Below are positions 21,533 through 33,100 of a stretch of DNA of 64,000 nt, piece after piece. The stretch spans positions 48,157-112,156 of the forward strand of contig JADKIC010000005.1 of assembly GCA_016721435.1 (NCBI GenBank), written 5' to 3'. A program made the position numbers and the translations under genes. The notes below the pieces were generated by a model. That model was not told the origin of the DNA, did not search any database, and saw only the letters and a list, made by a program, of their open reading frames with translations. Each line of letters opens with the position of its first letter. Positions within the stretch are counted from its first letter, which is position 1. The stretch comes from Bacteroidota bacterium (GTDB lineage Bacteria; Bacteroidota; Bacteroidia; AKYH767-A; OLB10).

Positions 21533-22534
21533 TTACTCCACCGGATAGCAAACTTCAGTCAGCCATTTCGTTGAATCCTTCTCCATCATAGGGTCGGTAA
21601 TATAGCGTTCCCAGGGAGCACCGGTAGACTTCTTATTGTTCTTTTCCAAAAACTTTCCAGCCGCTTCATGCGCCGAAGGGGTATTTTCATAGGGTCCGTA
21701 ATGTGAAGCAACTATCATATTCCCGCCTGCATAATTACCTGCTTTAATGGCGCCATCTTCTTTTCCGGCTTTGTTTACAGGGATGCAAACATCCATTTCC
21801 CAATTCGTAGTGGACTCCGTATAGTAGATAGCGAAAGGAGCACCACTTTGTTCTAACCCTTGCTTTTTCATGGCCTCCATAATTTTTCCATAGTTCATAC
21901 CCAGTTTCATACCAATGGTAGCTATACTTGCTGAATCATGAATAAAGAGATACTCCATGGCAGGCATAGCTTTCAATTCTACCGGAATAGAAGGGGTGGA
22001 TGCAACAGGGGCTTTTCCGGCCATTTCACTTATTCCGGCAAGGCCCTGGTCGAATGCATCTGTCATCATGCTTTTACCCAAAGACCAAAATAGCCTGACA
22101 AAGGGGTTTGCTCCCAATTCACTATCAAAAGCCCAGGTGACATTGGTACCACTACCATCAGGTGCAAAAGTAAAATAGCTGGAAGCCGGCTTTTCTCCTT
22201 TAAATGCGAGGTCCATTTTAATCAGTTCAGTTGGCTTACACTCTGTCAGCGTAATTGTCCCTTCACCGGTTTTCGGTCCATTCCAGCTATAACTTGCACC
22301 TTCTCCTGCCGGAATAGTGTTATAGGTGATCTTCACTTCCGGGTCCATTTTTTGCCAGGGACTCCATCCTTCCCAATTCTTCAAAGTATTAACCTGATCA
22401 TAAATATTTTCTACCGGAGCATTCATTGTTAAGCTTCTTTCAACGTGCAACTGTGAAGGCATCATCCAGCCAATGACTGCAGCAACAACTATCAAAACAA
22501 GCAAGACTAGCAGAATTTTTTTGAGTACTTTCAT
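21533..22534 (-). CDS. Membrane-anchored SRPBCC-fold domain fused to a GyrI-like small-molecule-binding domain
   Basis: A 333-aa ORF with an N-terminal TM anchor. The first region is SRPBCC-like (SLTMNAPVENIYDQVNTLKNWEGWSPW). The C-terminal half resembles GyrI-like effector-binding domains. This is a family-level call only. Confidence 0.5.
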   Translation of the reverse strand: MKVLKKILLVLLVLIVVAAVIGWMMPSQLHVERSLTMNAPVENIYDQVNTLKNWEGWSPWQKMDPEVKITYNTIPAGEGASYSWNGPKTGEGTITLTECKPTELIKMDLAFKGEKPASSYFTFAPDGSGTNVTWAFDSELGANPFVRLFWSLGKSMMTDAFDQGLAGISEMAGKAPVASTPSIPVELKAMPAMEYLFIHDSASIATIGMKLGMNYGKIMEAMKKQGLEQSGAPFAIYYTESTTNWEMDVCIPVNKAGKEDGAIKAGNYAGGNMIVASHYGPYENTPSAHEAAGKFLEKNNKKSTGAPWERYITDPMMEKDSTKWLTEVCYPVE

Positions 22535-22682
22535 TTTAAATTGGTTTTAGGTTTGGACGATGAAAGTAGTACATTTTCTCAAATCAAAATACAAAATGAA
22601 AACATTTAACTATTTTCTTACATATTTCCTGACCTGCCTGAATTGTAAAATGTCGCGATAAAAATTTCTTTACTTTCGTTGA

Positions 22683-23672
22683 ATGCAATCAATCACAGTT
22701 GTAGGAGGAGGTAGTTGGGCCACGGCCCTGGTGAAAATCCTCAGCAACAATGCGGATACCATTCACTGGTGGCTGAGAAATCCTGAAACTGTAGCCTTTA
22801 TAAATCAATATCAGCACAATCCGAATTACCTGAGCGATGTTGAAATTGACCCGGAAATAGTTAAACCATCAGCAAAATTAGAAGAGTGCATTCACCAATC
22901 TGAAATTATACTTCTGGCCATTCCTGCTGCCTTTTTAAAAACAGCATTATCCGGTATACAACCTGCCATTTTCAAAGATAAAATTATTTTTTCTGCCATC
23001 AAAGGGATCGTGCCGGAGCACAATATGATTGTTGGAGATTAAATGCACAAGGTGATTGATATACCTTATGAAAAAGTGGGTGTGATCACCGGACCTTGTC
23101 ATGCGGAAGAAGTGGCACTGGAAAAACTGAGTTATCTGACTGTAGCTTGCCATGACCATATTACCTCCCGTAAAATGGCTTCCTTACTAACGTGCAGGTA
23201 TATACGAACGGTGGAATCGGATGATATTTTTGGTACAGAATACGCTGCTGTTCTTAAGAACGTTATGGCGATCGCCAGTGGAATATGTCATGGCCTAGGT
23301 TACGGAGATAATTTTCAGGCTGTATTAATTTCGAATGCTATCCGTGAGATTAAACGCTTTGTGGATGCCATTTATCCCATTCAAAGAGACATCAACGACA
23401 GTGCCTATTTGGGTGATTTGCTGGTTACGGCCTACTCCCAATTCAGCAGAAACCGGACCTTCGGGTCGATGATTGGAAAGGGTTATTCGGTTAAAAGTGC
23501 GCAATTGGAGATGAATATGATCGCGGAAGGTTACTATGCCGTGGCCTGTATACATGAAATCAACAAAGAATTGATGGCTGATTTACCCATTTGCTCAGCG
23601 GTTTATAATGTACTTTTACGAAAAACCTCCGCCCGCCTTGAGATGAAATTACTCACCGATAAGTTGACCTGA
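22683..23672 (+). pseudogene. gpsA: NAD(P)H-dependent glycerol-3-phosphate dehydrogenase interrupted by an in-frame TAA
   Basis: ORFs 22683..23042 and 23043..23672 are in the same frame: ...IVPEHNMIVGD-TAA-MHKVIDIPYEKVGVITGPCHAEEVA... The N-terminal motif VVGGGSWATA is the Rossmann GxGxxG. The stop sits at 23040-23042, where homologs as I recall them have Tyr. Confidence 0.85.
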
Positions 23673-24116
23673 TTTTTCTGTAATTATCATAAGAGTTATT
23701 GTAATAAGTCAACCTTTTCTTTGAATACTCCAATTTTATAGCAGTTTGGACCTGATTTGATCTGCTTAAAACTATCGACGGGGGGCTGATAAACAGATTC
23801 TAAAGGGGGAAAGAGAAGGTGTTTGGCTAACCGGCACTTCCTTTTTCTGAACTGTTCATGCCCGTTTTTTTTGAAATCCGGAGGGCTGAATTTGAGAAAT
23901 GAATTCTTTTTAAAACAGGTCGAATTTCCCTTACCCATGATAAACCTTCTTTCACCTAAATAAATCAGTCGCTTACGTATTTTTAATACAATTATAATAA
24001 CTACATTTACCTACCGATAATTATCGGCACACCAAAACAAAAACCACCATGCCGTCAATGTGCTTTCTATTAAAAAATGGAAGCCTGGCGACACTACTAA
24101 TTTACTAACGTTGACG

Positions 24117-27100
24117 ATGCTGAGAAGAAATATATTTTTAGTACTAGTCCTGATTGCCTTTGTTTTTTCTGAAGCGCAATCACAGGTTTACAATATGAAT
24201 AATTCCTCTGTGAATACTTGCGGCGGAACTTTTTATGATAGTGGCGGAAATGCGGGTAACTATGGCAACAGCCAGAATTTCACTATGACCTTTTGTTCAT
24301 CGGTGCCCGGTAATTGTGTCCGACTTTTGTTTACAAGTTTTGCACTTGAAACAAATTTTGATGAGATGACCATTTATGACGGGCCTTCAGCAGCCTCCCC
24401 ACTCATCGGGGTGTTTACCGGAAATACAAGTCCGGGATTGATTACAGCGAACAGTGGTTGTCTAACAGTAGTATTTACATCTAATGGTTTATTCAACGAG
24501 CCGGGTTGGGCCGCTACTATCTCCTGTGTAAATTGCGCTACCGGAACTTGTGCTACCAATTGCAATGGTGGACCACCTCCAGCAAACGATGCCTGCACCG
24601 GTGCACAAAATTTAGGACTTCTTCCAGTCCCGGCTGCTTGCCCGGGGGGAATAGGTGCTTTATCTGTCACGAATACCACCAATCTTTGCGCTACTGCTGC
24701 TACTCCTTATTCCTCTTTACTCGGGTGTCAGCCTGGAGGTAACATGGCTTCCCCTGCTGCTGATGTTTGGTATCGGTTTTCGATTACAGGTCCGAGTATT
24801 AATATTAGCATTTCAGGTGGTATCAATACTCCGAATGTAGGACTTTACGAGGGCGCAAGCTGTGCAGGATTAATCCCGAGAGGATGTGCTATCGGCAGCA
24901 ACGGTTCATTAAATACGACATTTGGCGGATTGGCATCAGGTACTTATTATTTACAAGTCAGCGGAGATAATCTCGCCGATCAATGTGATTTTACTTTAAC
25001 CCTGCAGAACAATTACGACTGCGCTGGTTGTGTCATACAGAGTACTTTAGTTGCAAATCCTCCTCCTGTAAACGGATCGTATCCTGCCGGACAATCCGTA
25101 ACCTTCTGTTATACTGTATCCGATTACAATCAGACCTCTGCGAATTGGTTTCATGGTGTTGTGCCTTCGTTTGGTGCCGGCTGGGACATGAGCACTTTTA
25201 CGCCTGCTCCCGTAGCTGATTGTTCAGGTGATGGTACCTGGAGTTGGTATCCCGGAAATATCACCAGCTCGGCCACCGGTAATGTAACAGGTCCCGGGTT
25301 TTACTATGAATCTCCTTTGGAAATCCATTCGCAGTTGCTGATGGTAATCCGGGAAATAATTTCGGAGACAACAATGGCACCAATAACTGCGACTGGACAT
25401 TTTGCTGGACCATCAATACACTTCCTCCGGGCGCTTGTATACAGGGTGCGAATTTGAATATCAACATCAATACCCTCGGTGATGGTGAAAGCGGTTCCTG
25501 GGGGTCGCTCGCTTGTACACAAGATCCCATCACTAATTTTTTTGCAACACTCTCCTGTTGTGAAGCTCCCACTGTAAATATTACCCAACCGGATTGCCCA
25601 AATCAAAATACCGGAAGTGCAACAGCGCAAGGGATGGGTGCAAGTCCTTGGGATTATGTCTGGACAGATGCAGGTGGTACCATACTTTTAACACAAAATA
25701 ATGTCGCGGGGTCATCTGCTCTCAACAATCTCGCCCCGGGAAATTACACGGTAAGCGTTACTGACAATACCGGTTGTACTGCTAATGCCGCCATTTCCAT
25801 CACGTCGCCCGCTGCATTTTCGGCAGTGATGAATACTACCAATCTTACCTGCAATGGAAATCATACCGGAACTGCAACAGTTGTAGTAAATGGAGGTGCA
25901 CCGGCCTACTCGTATGCCTGGTCACCTTCAGGCAGTGGAAGTAGTCCGATCAGTCTGGCAGCAGGAAATTATAACGTTACTGTTACAGATGCCAACGGAT
26001 GTACTGCAGTAGCCTCCGGGACAATCACTGAACCGGCTGTTCTGAATGCAAGCATTTCTTCAAAAACCGATGTCACCTGCAATGGCGGACAAGATGGGGC
26101 TATTACAGTTACGACTGTAGGAGGTACGCCGGCTTACGCGTATGCCTGGTCCAATGGAGCAGCAGGAAATTCCATCAGTGGATTAAGTGCAGGGGCCTAT
26201 ACGGTAACGGTTACGGATAGCCGTGGTTGTACAGGTTTTATGACAGTCGCCATTGCTCAACCCACTGCAATTGTACTTAATTTATCATCCACCGCATCCA
26301 GTTGCGGAAATGCCAACGGTTCTGCCACGGTGAACGCGCTGGGAGGAACTCCTCCTTACAGTTATGCCTGGTCTCCTTCCGGTGGCAGTGCGATGTTAGC
26401 GAACGGACTCACAGCCGGCGGATATAATGTAACGGTTACGGATAGCCGTGGATGTACTGCCATCGGAAATGTTGTAGTCACCAATTCAAGCGGTCCTACT
26501 GCCAGTATTTCGGGAAGCAGCAATGTTACCTGTTTTGGGGGCGCTGACGGAAATGCTACCGTAAATGTTTCAGGAGGAACCGCTCCCGTGGTTTACAACT
26601 GGACACCTTCCGGAGGTGCAGGAGTCACCGCGCAAAACCTGACAGCAGGAAATTATACAGTCACCGTCAGTGATGGTTCCGGATGTACTTCATCCGCATC
26701 GGTCATTATTACCGAACCGACTCAACTAACGGCCACTGTAACCGCAAACGTAGCTGCTTCCTGTAGCTATGAAAACGATGGTTCTTTAACGGCTCAGGGA
26801 AATGGTGGTATTCCCGCGTATAGCTATGACTGGAGCGGTGGCTCAGTGAATGCAACAGATAACAATCTTCTTCCCGGAACATATACCGTAACTGTGACCG
26901 ATGCAAATGGTTGCACAGCATTAACCAGTGCTACCGTTGCAGCACCTGCTTTACTTCAGGCTTCCATAAGTGCCACTACGCCTGCTGCCTGTAACGGTGG
27001 AACAGATGGAAGTGCCACTGCACAAGCTGTCGGTGGAACACCGGTATATACTTTTGTTTGGTCAAATGGAACTGCAGGCATACTTGCGTCCGGACTGGCA

Positions 27101-30100
27101 GCGGGCAACTATACCGTTACTGTTACGGATGGGAATGGATGTACTTCCGTTACCACAGCCAACATTACAGCTCCAACTCCGCTTGTTTTAAATATGTCCT
27201 CTACAGGAACTACCTGTGGAAGTACAAACGGAACGGCCAGTGTAGCCGTGAATGGTGGTACCGGACCCTACTCCTACAACTGGAATCCTACAGGGGGAAG
27301 TGGAACTATTGCATCAGGTCTGGGCTCAGGAAACTACTCTGTTGTTGTAACAGATGCCAATGGTTGTGTAGCCATTGGAAATGCCAGCGTGCCCAGTGCA
27401 GATGGACCCATCCTTACACTAAACACCAGTACCATGGTCACTTGTCCCGGTGGTGCAGATGGTAGTATTGATATTTCTGTGAATGGAGGTGCACTTCCTT
27501 ATACCTATAACTGGTCAAATGGGGCTGCAGGAACCACTATTAATAATCTCAGTGTAGGAATTTATACGCTTACTGTTACTGATGATAACAATTGCTCTGC
27601 GGCTCTCTCTATAAATATCACCGCTCCTGCCGCTTTTGGATTTAACATGACGCCTGTTACCGCACATTGTGGTCAAGCTAATGGCAGCTTATCCGTGCTC
27701 GTAAATGGAGGTAATCCTGCTTATTCTTACGTCTGGTCAAACGGAGCAAGTGTAACGAATCAGTTGAATGCCATTACTACAGGGACTTATACAGTTACTG
27801 TTACCGATGCGAACGGTTGCACAGCCGAAAGTCAGGGTGTTGTTCCTGATGTGGCCGCGCCGGTGTTAAGTATCAATACGCTCCTGGATGCCACCTGTCC
27901 GGGTTTGGCGGATGGAAGAATTCGAGTCAATATCGCCGGAGGCACCGGGCCCTACGCCTACCTTTGGTCAAATGGTGTGGTAGGAAATTTTAATAATAAC
28001 ATCTCTTCCGGAACCTATACCGTTACTGCAACGGACGCTTTCGGCTGTACGGCAACGTTACAAGCCACTGTTAATGAGCCTGCCCCACTGGCATTGGTGG
28101 CCAACAGTACTTCAGCGACCTGTGGTTCCAGCAATGGAAGTGCCGGTGTCGTTGTAAATGGAGGAACTCCGGGTTATCAATATGCGTGGATTCCTTCCGG
28201 TGGTTCAGGTGCCAATGCTGCTGCGCTGCCTGCCGGAGCTTATACCGTTGTGGTCACAGATAACAACGGGTGTTCCGAGCAAGCCAACGTGACCGTTCCA
28301 AGCTCAAACGGGCCTTCCGTTGCGGTACTCATCTCCACCGACGTTAGTTGCTTCGGAGGTAATGACGGGGACCTTACCATTGCAGTCAATGGAGGGGCAG
28401 CACCTTATAGCTATGTATGGTCATCCGGCGGGAGTGGTATTTCAGGGTCTAACCTAAGTGCGGGTAATTACACGGTCACCGTTTCTGACGCGAATAACTG
28501 TACATCTACCGTCGTGGCGGTCATCAATGAGCCGGCTGCTTTGGCCCTTATTGGAAATGATTACACTGCTCACTGCGGACAGTCAGATGGAAGTGCTGAA
28601 GTTCTTGTAAATGGCGGCGTACCGGTTTACTCTTATTCCTGGTCAACGGGTACCTCCACAAATAATACGATTTCGGCTATGCCTGCCGGTAGTTATACGG
28701 TGACGGTAACCGATGACAATGGCTGTACGGCTCAAACCGCAGTAACCATTCCGGATGAATCAGGCCCAACATTAAATATAGCTTCGCTGAACGATGTAAG
28801 TTGTAACGGAGGTGCCGATGGAAGCATTGGTGTTGCGACTGTAAATGGCAATGCTCCGTTTTCTTATCTCTGGTCTAATGGAACCACAGCGGCTGTAAAT
28901 CCCATTTTATCTGCCGGGACTTATACTGTAACGGTTACTGATAATTTCGGATGTACATCAATGTTACAGGCTACAGTAGGAGAACCTGCCGTCATCCAGC
29001 TTGCTTTTAACAACACTACTTCTACCTGTGGAAATGCCAATGGTACATCGACGGTAACCCCTGCCGGTGGAACTGCTCCATATTCTTATTTGTGGAGTTC
29101 CGGGGCAAGCACAGCTATGGCCGCCTCGATTGCAGCAGGAGTACATACAGTAACGGTTACTGATGCCGATGGCTGTAGTGTTTCTGAAAGTACAATTATT
29201 AATAGTGCCGGAGGGCCAGTACTTGCCGCAGGACCTTATACTGACGTCAGTTGCGCAGGAGGATCTGATGGAACCGCCGCCGTAATAGTTTCTTCAGGAA
29301 ATGGACCTTTCACTTTTGACTGGCTCCCCTACGGAGGTATATCAGCAAATGCAACCGGACTCACACCGGGAAATTACAAAGTCAGTGTTACAGATATCAA
29401 CGGTTGCAGTACCACTTTAAATTTTGATATCGAAGAGCCGGATCCCCTAGTTGTAAATAATCTTACTACTCCTACCTCCTGTAACGGAGGTAATAACGGG
29501 ACTGCAGACATCGATGCGCAGGGCGGAACTTTACCTTACAGCTACGATTGGGCTCCCGGAGGTATTTTATCAGCAAACAGAATCAATCTTCAGGCCGGCA
29601 ATTATGATGTAACCGTTACTGATAGTAAAGGATGTACAGAAATTACTACTGCAATTGTTTCAGAACCCTCCGCTGTAGCAGGAACACTTACCCCGACGGA
29701 TGCCACCTGTTTCGGCGGAACAAACGGAAGTGCTGATATTGTTGCCAATGGAGGCACAGCACCGTATACTTTTCTATGGAATGATGGCTCTACAGGAACG
29801 CAACTTTCAAATATCATCGCAGGAACTTACACGGTCACCATTAGCGACAACAACGGTTGCACACAGCAAGAAACTGTAATTGTGGGTGAAGCAACAGCGA
29901 TCAATCTGATTGTAAACGCTACCGATGCCAGTTGCGGTAATGCTAACGGTAGTGCACAGGTGAATGGAAACGGCGGAACCGGAGGGCTCACGTATCAATG
30001 GTCCACCGGAACTCCCGGAACAAATATTATTAACCTTTCTTCAGGTGCTTATACAGTTATAGCTACCGATGCCAATGGCTGCACCGCCTCCGGCACTACT

Positions 30101-33100
30101 GCAGTAGCCGATATGGGCGGACCTGCGATCAGTCTTCTAAATTCCACGGATGCTTTGTGTTTTGGCTCAGCCGATGGAAATGCAGAAGTCACCATAAATA
30201 GTGGCAACGGTCCGTATACTTATCAATGGCTGCCCTCCGGTGGAAATGCCAGCGCCGCTAACGGACTTACTGCCGGCGCTTACTCGGTAGATGTTACTGA
30301 TATCAATGGTTGTCTTTCCACACTGAATGTAACAATTAGTGAACCCGCTTCCATTGTACTGCAACTTTCTTCTACACAAGCCATTTGCGGTAATGCCAAT
30401 GGTTCTGCAACTGTTCTTGCCAATGGGGGAACAGGTGCTTATTTGTATTCATGGTCCAATGGTGATTTGACTGCTACTGCAAATGCTCTTGCAGCAGGAA
30501 ATTATGATGTTACGGTGACGGATGCCAATGGATGCTCTACAAGTGCTTCGGTAAGCGTTACACAACCTTCTTCCCTTGCTGTGGCAAATGCTTCAACGGA
30601 TGTAACTTGTTTCAACGGCAGCGATGGCAGTGCTTCCGTGAATGTGAATGGTGGAAATGCTCCCTATTCTTACCTCTGGAGTAATGGTGATATCACCTCT
30701 CAATTAAATAATATAAGCGCAGGTTCGTATACAGTGACCGTTAGTGATGCCAATGGATGCTCCTTCATCGATGTGATAAATGTCAATCAGGCTCCGGCAA
30801 TAAATTTGGTCATAAATACTGTAGATGCGACTTGCGGTGGAGCTAACGGCAGCGTACAGGTGAATGGAAATGGAGGAACAGGAGCACTTAGTTATCTCTG
30901 GGACAGTGGACAAAGTTCTACCTCGCTGAACGGACTTGCCGCAGGATCCTACACCGTGACAGCTACTGATGCCAGCGGTTGTTCTCAAACCGGTATTGCC
31001 AATATTTCTAACCTTGGTGGTCCGCAGGCGACACTGCAAAACAATACAGATGTAAGCTGTGCAGGCGGCAACGACGGAAGTGCAGAGATTATCGTCAACT
31101 CCGGTAGTGGTCCTTTTACCTATCAATGGCAACCTGCCGGTGGCAATGCTCTCCAGGCAAATGGTTTGAGTGCTGGTAATTACACAGTGGTTGTAACCGA
31201 TATCAATGGCTGTATCGGTAATGTAAACATCATCATCAACGAACCCGTTGCTTTAGCTCTTCAAACCAATAGCACACAAGCTACATGCGGCACTGCCAAT
31301 GGTTCAGCTACCGTTATTGCTAATGGAGGAACAGGTGCTTATCAATATCTATGGTCCAATGGAGATATTACTTCGACATCCAATGCCCTCGCAGCAGGGA
31401 ATTATAATGTTACTGTGACAGATGCCAATGGATGTACAACAATTACATCGGTGAGTGTGACGCAACCTTCTTCTTTGGCAGTAGTAAATGCAGCAACAGA
31501 CGCCACCTGTTTCAATGGCAGTGATGGCAGTGCTGCTGTAAATGTGAATGGCGGAAGTCCTCCCTATACTTTCCTCTGGAGTAATGGAGATGTCACTGCT
31601 CAAATAAATAATATTCCTGCCGGATCGTATACTGTCACCGTCACGGATATGAGCGGTTGTTCATTCATCGATGTGGTAAATGTCAATCAGGCAGCTCTAA
31701 TAAATCTTGTTATAAACACTACTGATGCTACCTGTGGTGCAGCTAACGGTAGCGTACAGCTGAACGGTAACGGTGGAACCGGAGCACTAACTTATCTCTG
31801 GAGCGGCGGACAGACTTCCACCACTTTGAACGCGCTTGCCGCGGGCGCCTATACAGTAACAGCTACAGATGGAAACGGATGTACTTCCACCGGTATCGCT
31901 AATATTTCTAATCTTGGTGGTCCGCAAGCTACAATACAAAATAATACTGATGTTAGCTGTGCAGGTGGTAATGACGGAAGTGCTGCCATTACCGTTAACG
32001 CGGGCAACGGCCCCTTTACTTACCAGTGGCAACCTGCCGGAGGTACAAGTACTCAGGCAAATGGTTTGAGTGCCGGCAATTATACGGTAATCATCACGGA
32101 TAACAATGGCTGTGTGGGTAATGTCAATATCATCGTTAACGAACCAACTGCATTAGCCATTCAACTCAACAGTACACTTGCAACTTGTGGTAATGCCAAT
32201 GGCACGTTAACTGCAAATGTTAACGGCGGAACAGGAGCTTATCAATATAACTGGTCGAATGGTGGCAGTGGAAGCAACAATATTAATTCACTGGCGGCCG
32301 GAAATTATTCTGTCACAGTCACTGATGCGAATAACTGTACTGCTGTATCTACACTTGCAGTTTCCAATGCAGGCGGACCTGTGCTTGCGGTAAATAATGT
32401 AACACCGGCTTCCTGCTTCGGATTTGCGGATGGAAGCGCAAGTATTGCAGTGAACAGCGGAATCGGACCTTTTACTTACAGCTGGAGTCCACAAGGAGGC
32501 AATGGAGCAAACGCTGTCGGACTCAGTGCCGGAAATTATTTTGTTGCCGTCACTGATGCGAATGGTTGTACCGGACAACAGGCTATTATCATTCAGAAGC
32601 CTGCTGCGCTAAATCTGCAAAGCATTACTACACCTACACAGTGTAATGCTTCTAACGGTAGCGTACAGGTGCAAGTGAGTGGCGGAGCCGGAAACTACAG
32701 CTACGACTGGAGCACCGGAGCCAGCACCGATCTTGTGAATGGTCTCACCTTTGGCAATTATACTGTTACTGTCACGGATAATAATGGCTGCACCTCCAGC
32801 AGCACCCTCACTGTATCCGGCTTACCCGGACCAACAATTAATAATGTTACCATTACTGATGCACTCTGTTTCGGAGAAGCTAACGGTAGCGCACAGGTTC
32901 AATACTCCAGTGGAAGTGCTCCTTACACATTGAGCTGGTCAAACGGTAGTACCGGTGGCAGCACCGCGGGCCTCGCAGCAGGAGCCTATACAGTAACTGT
33001 CACAGATAATTTCGGTTGTTCTGACGCAAAACCTTTCAATGTTCAGGAACCTTCCGCGCTCAGCTTAACAGCAACACCCGTTAACATGGTTTCCTGTTTT

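Noticed and set aside
23040-23042. The in-frame TAA in gpsA as evidence for stop-codon reassignment.
   Set aside because: TAA terminates clearly complete genes in this window (for example dut at 11952-11954 and the TPR gene at 14818-14820).
23696-23938. An 80-aa minus-strand ORF between gpsA and the adhesin gene.
   Set aside because: It is a basic, low-complexity peptide with no recognisable motif or signal, so I cannot support it as a gene.
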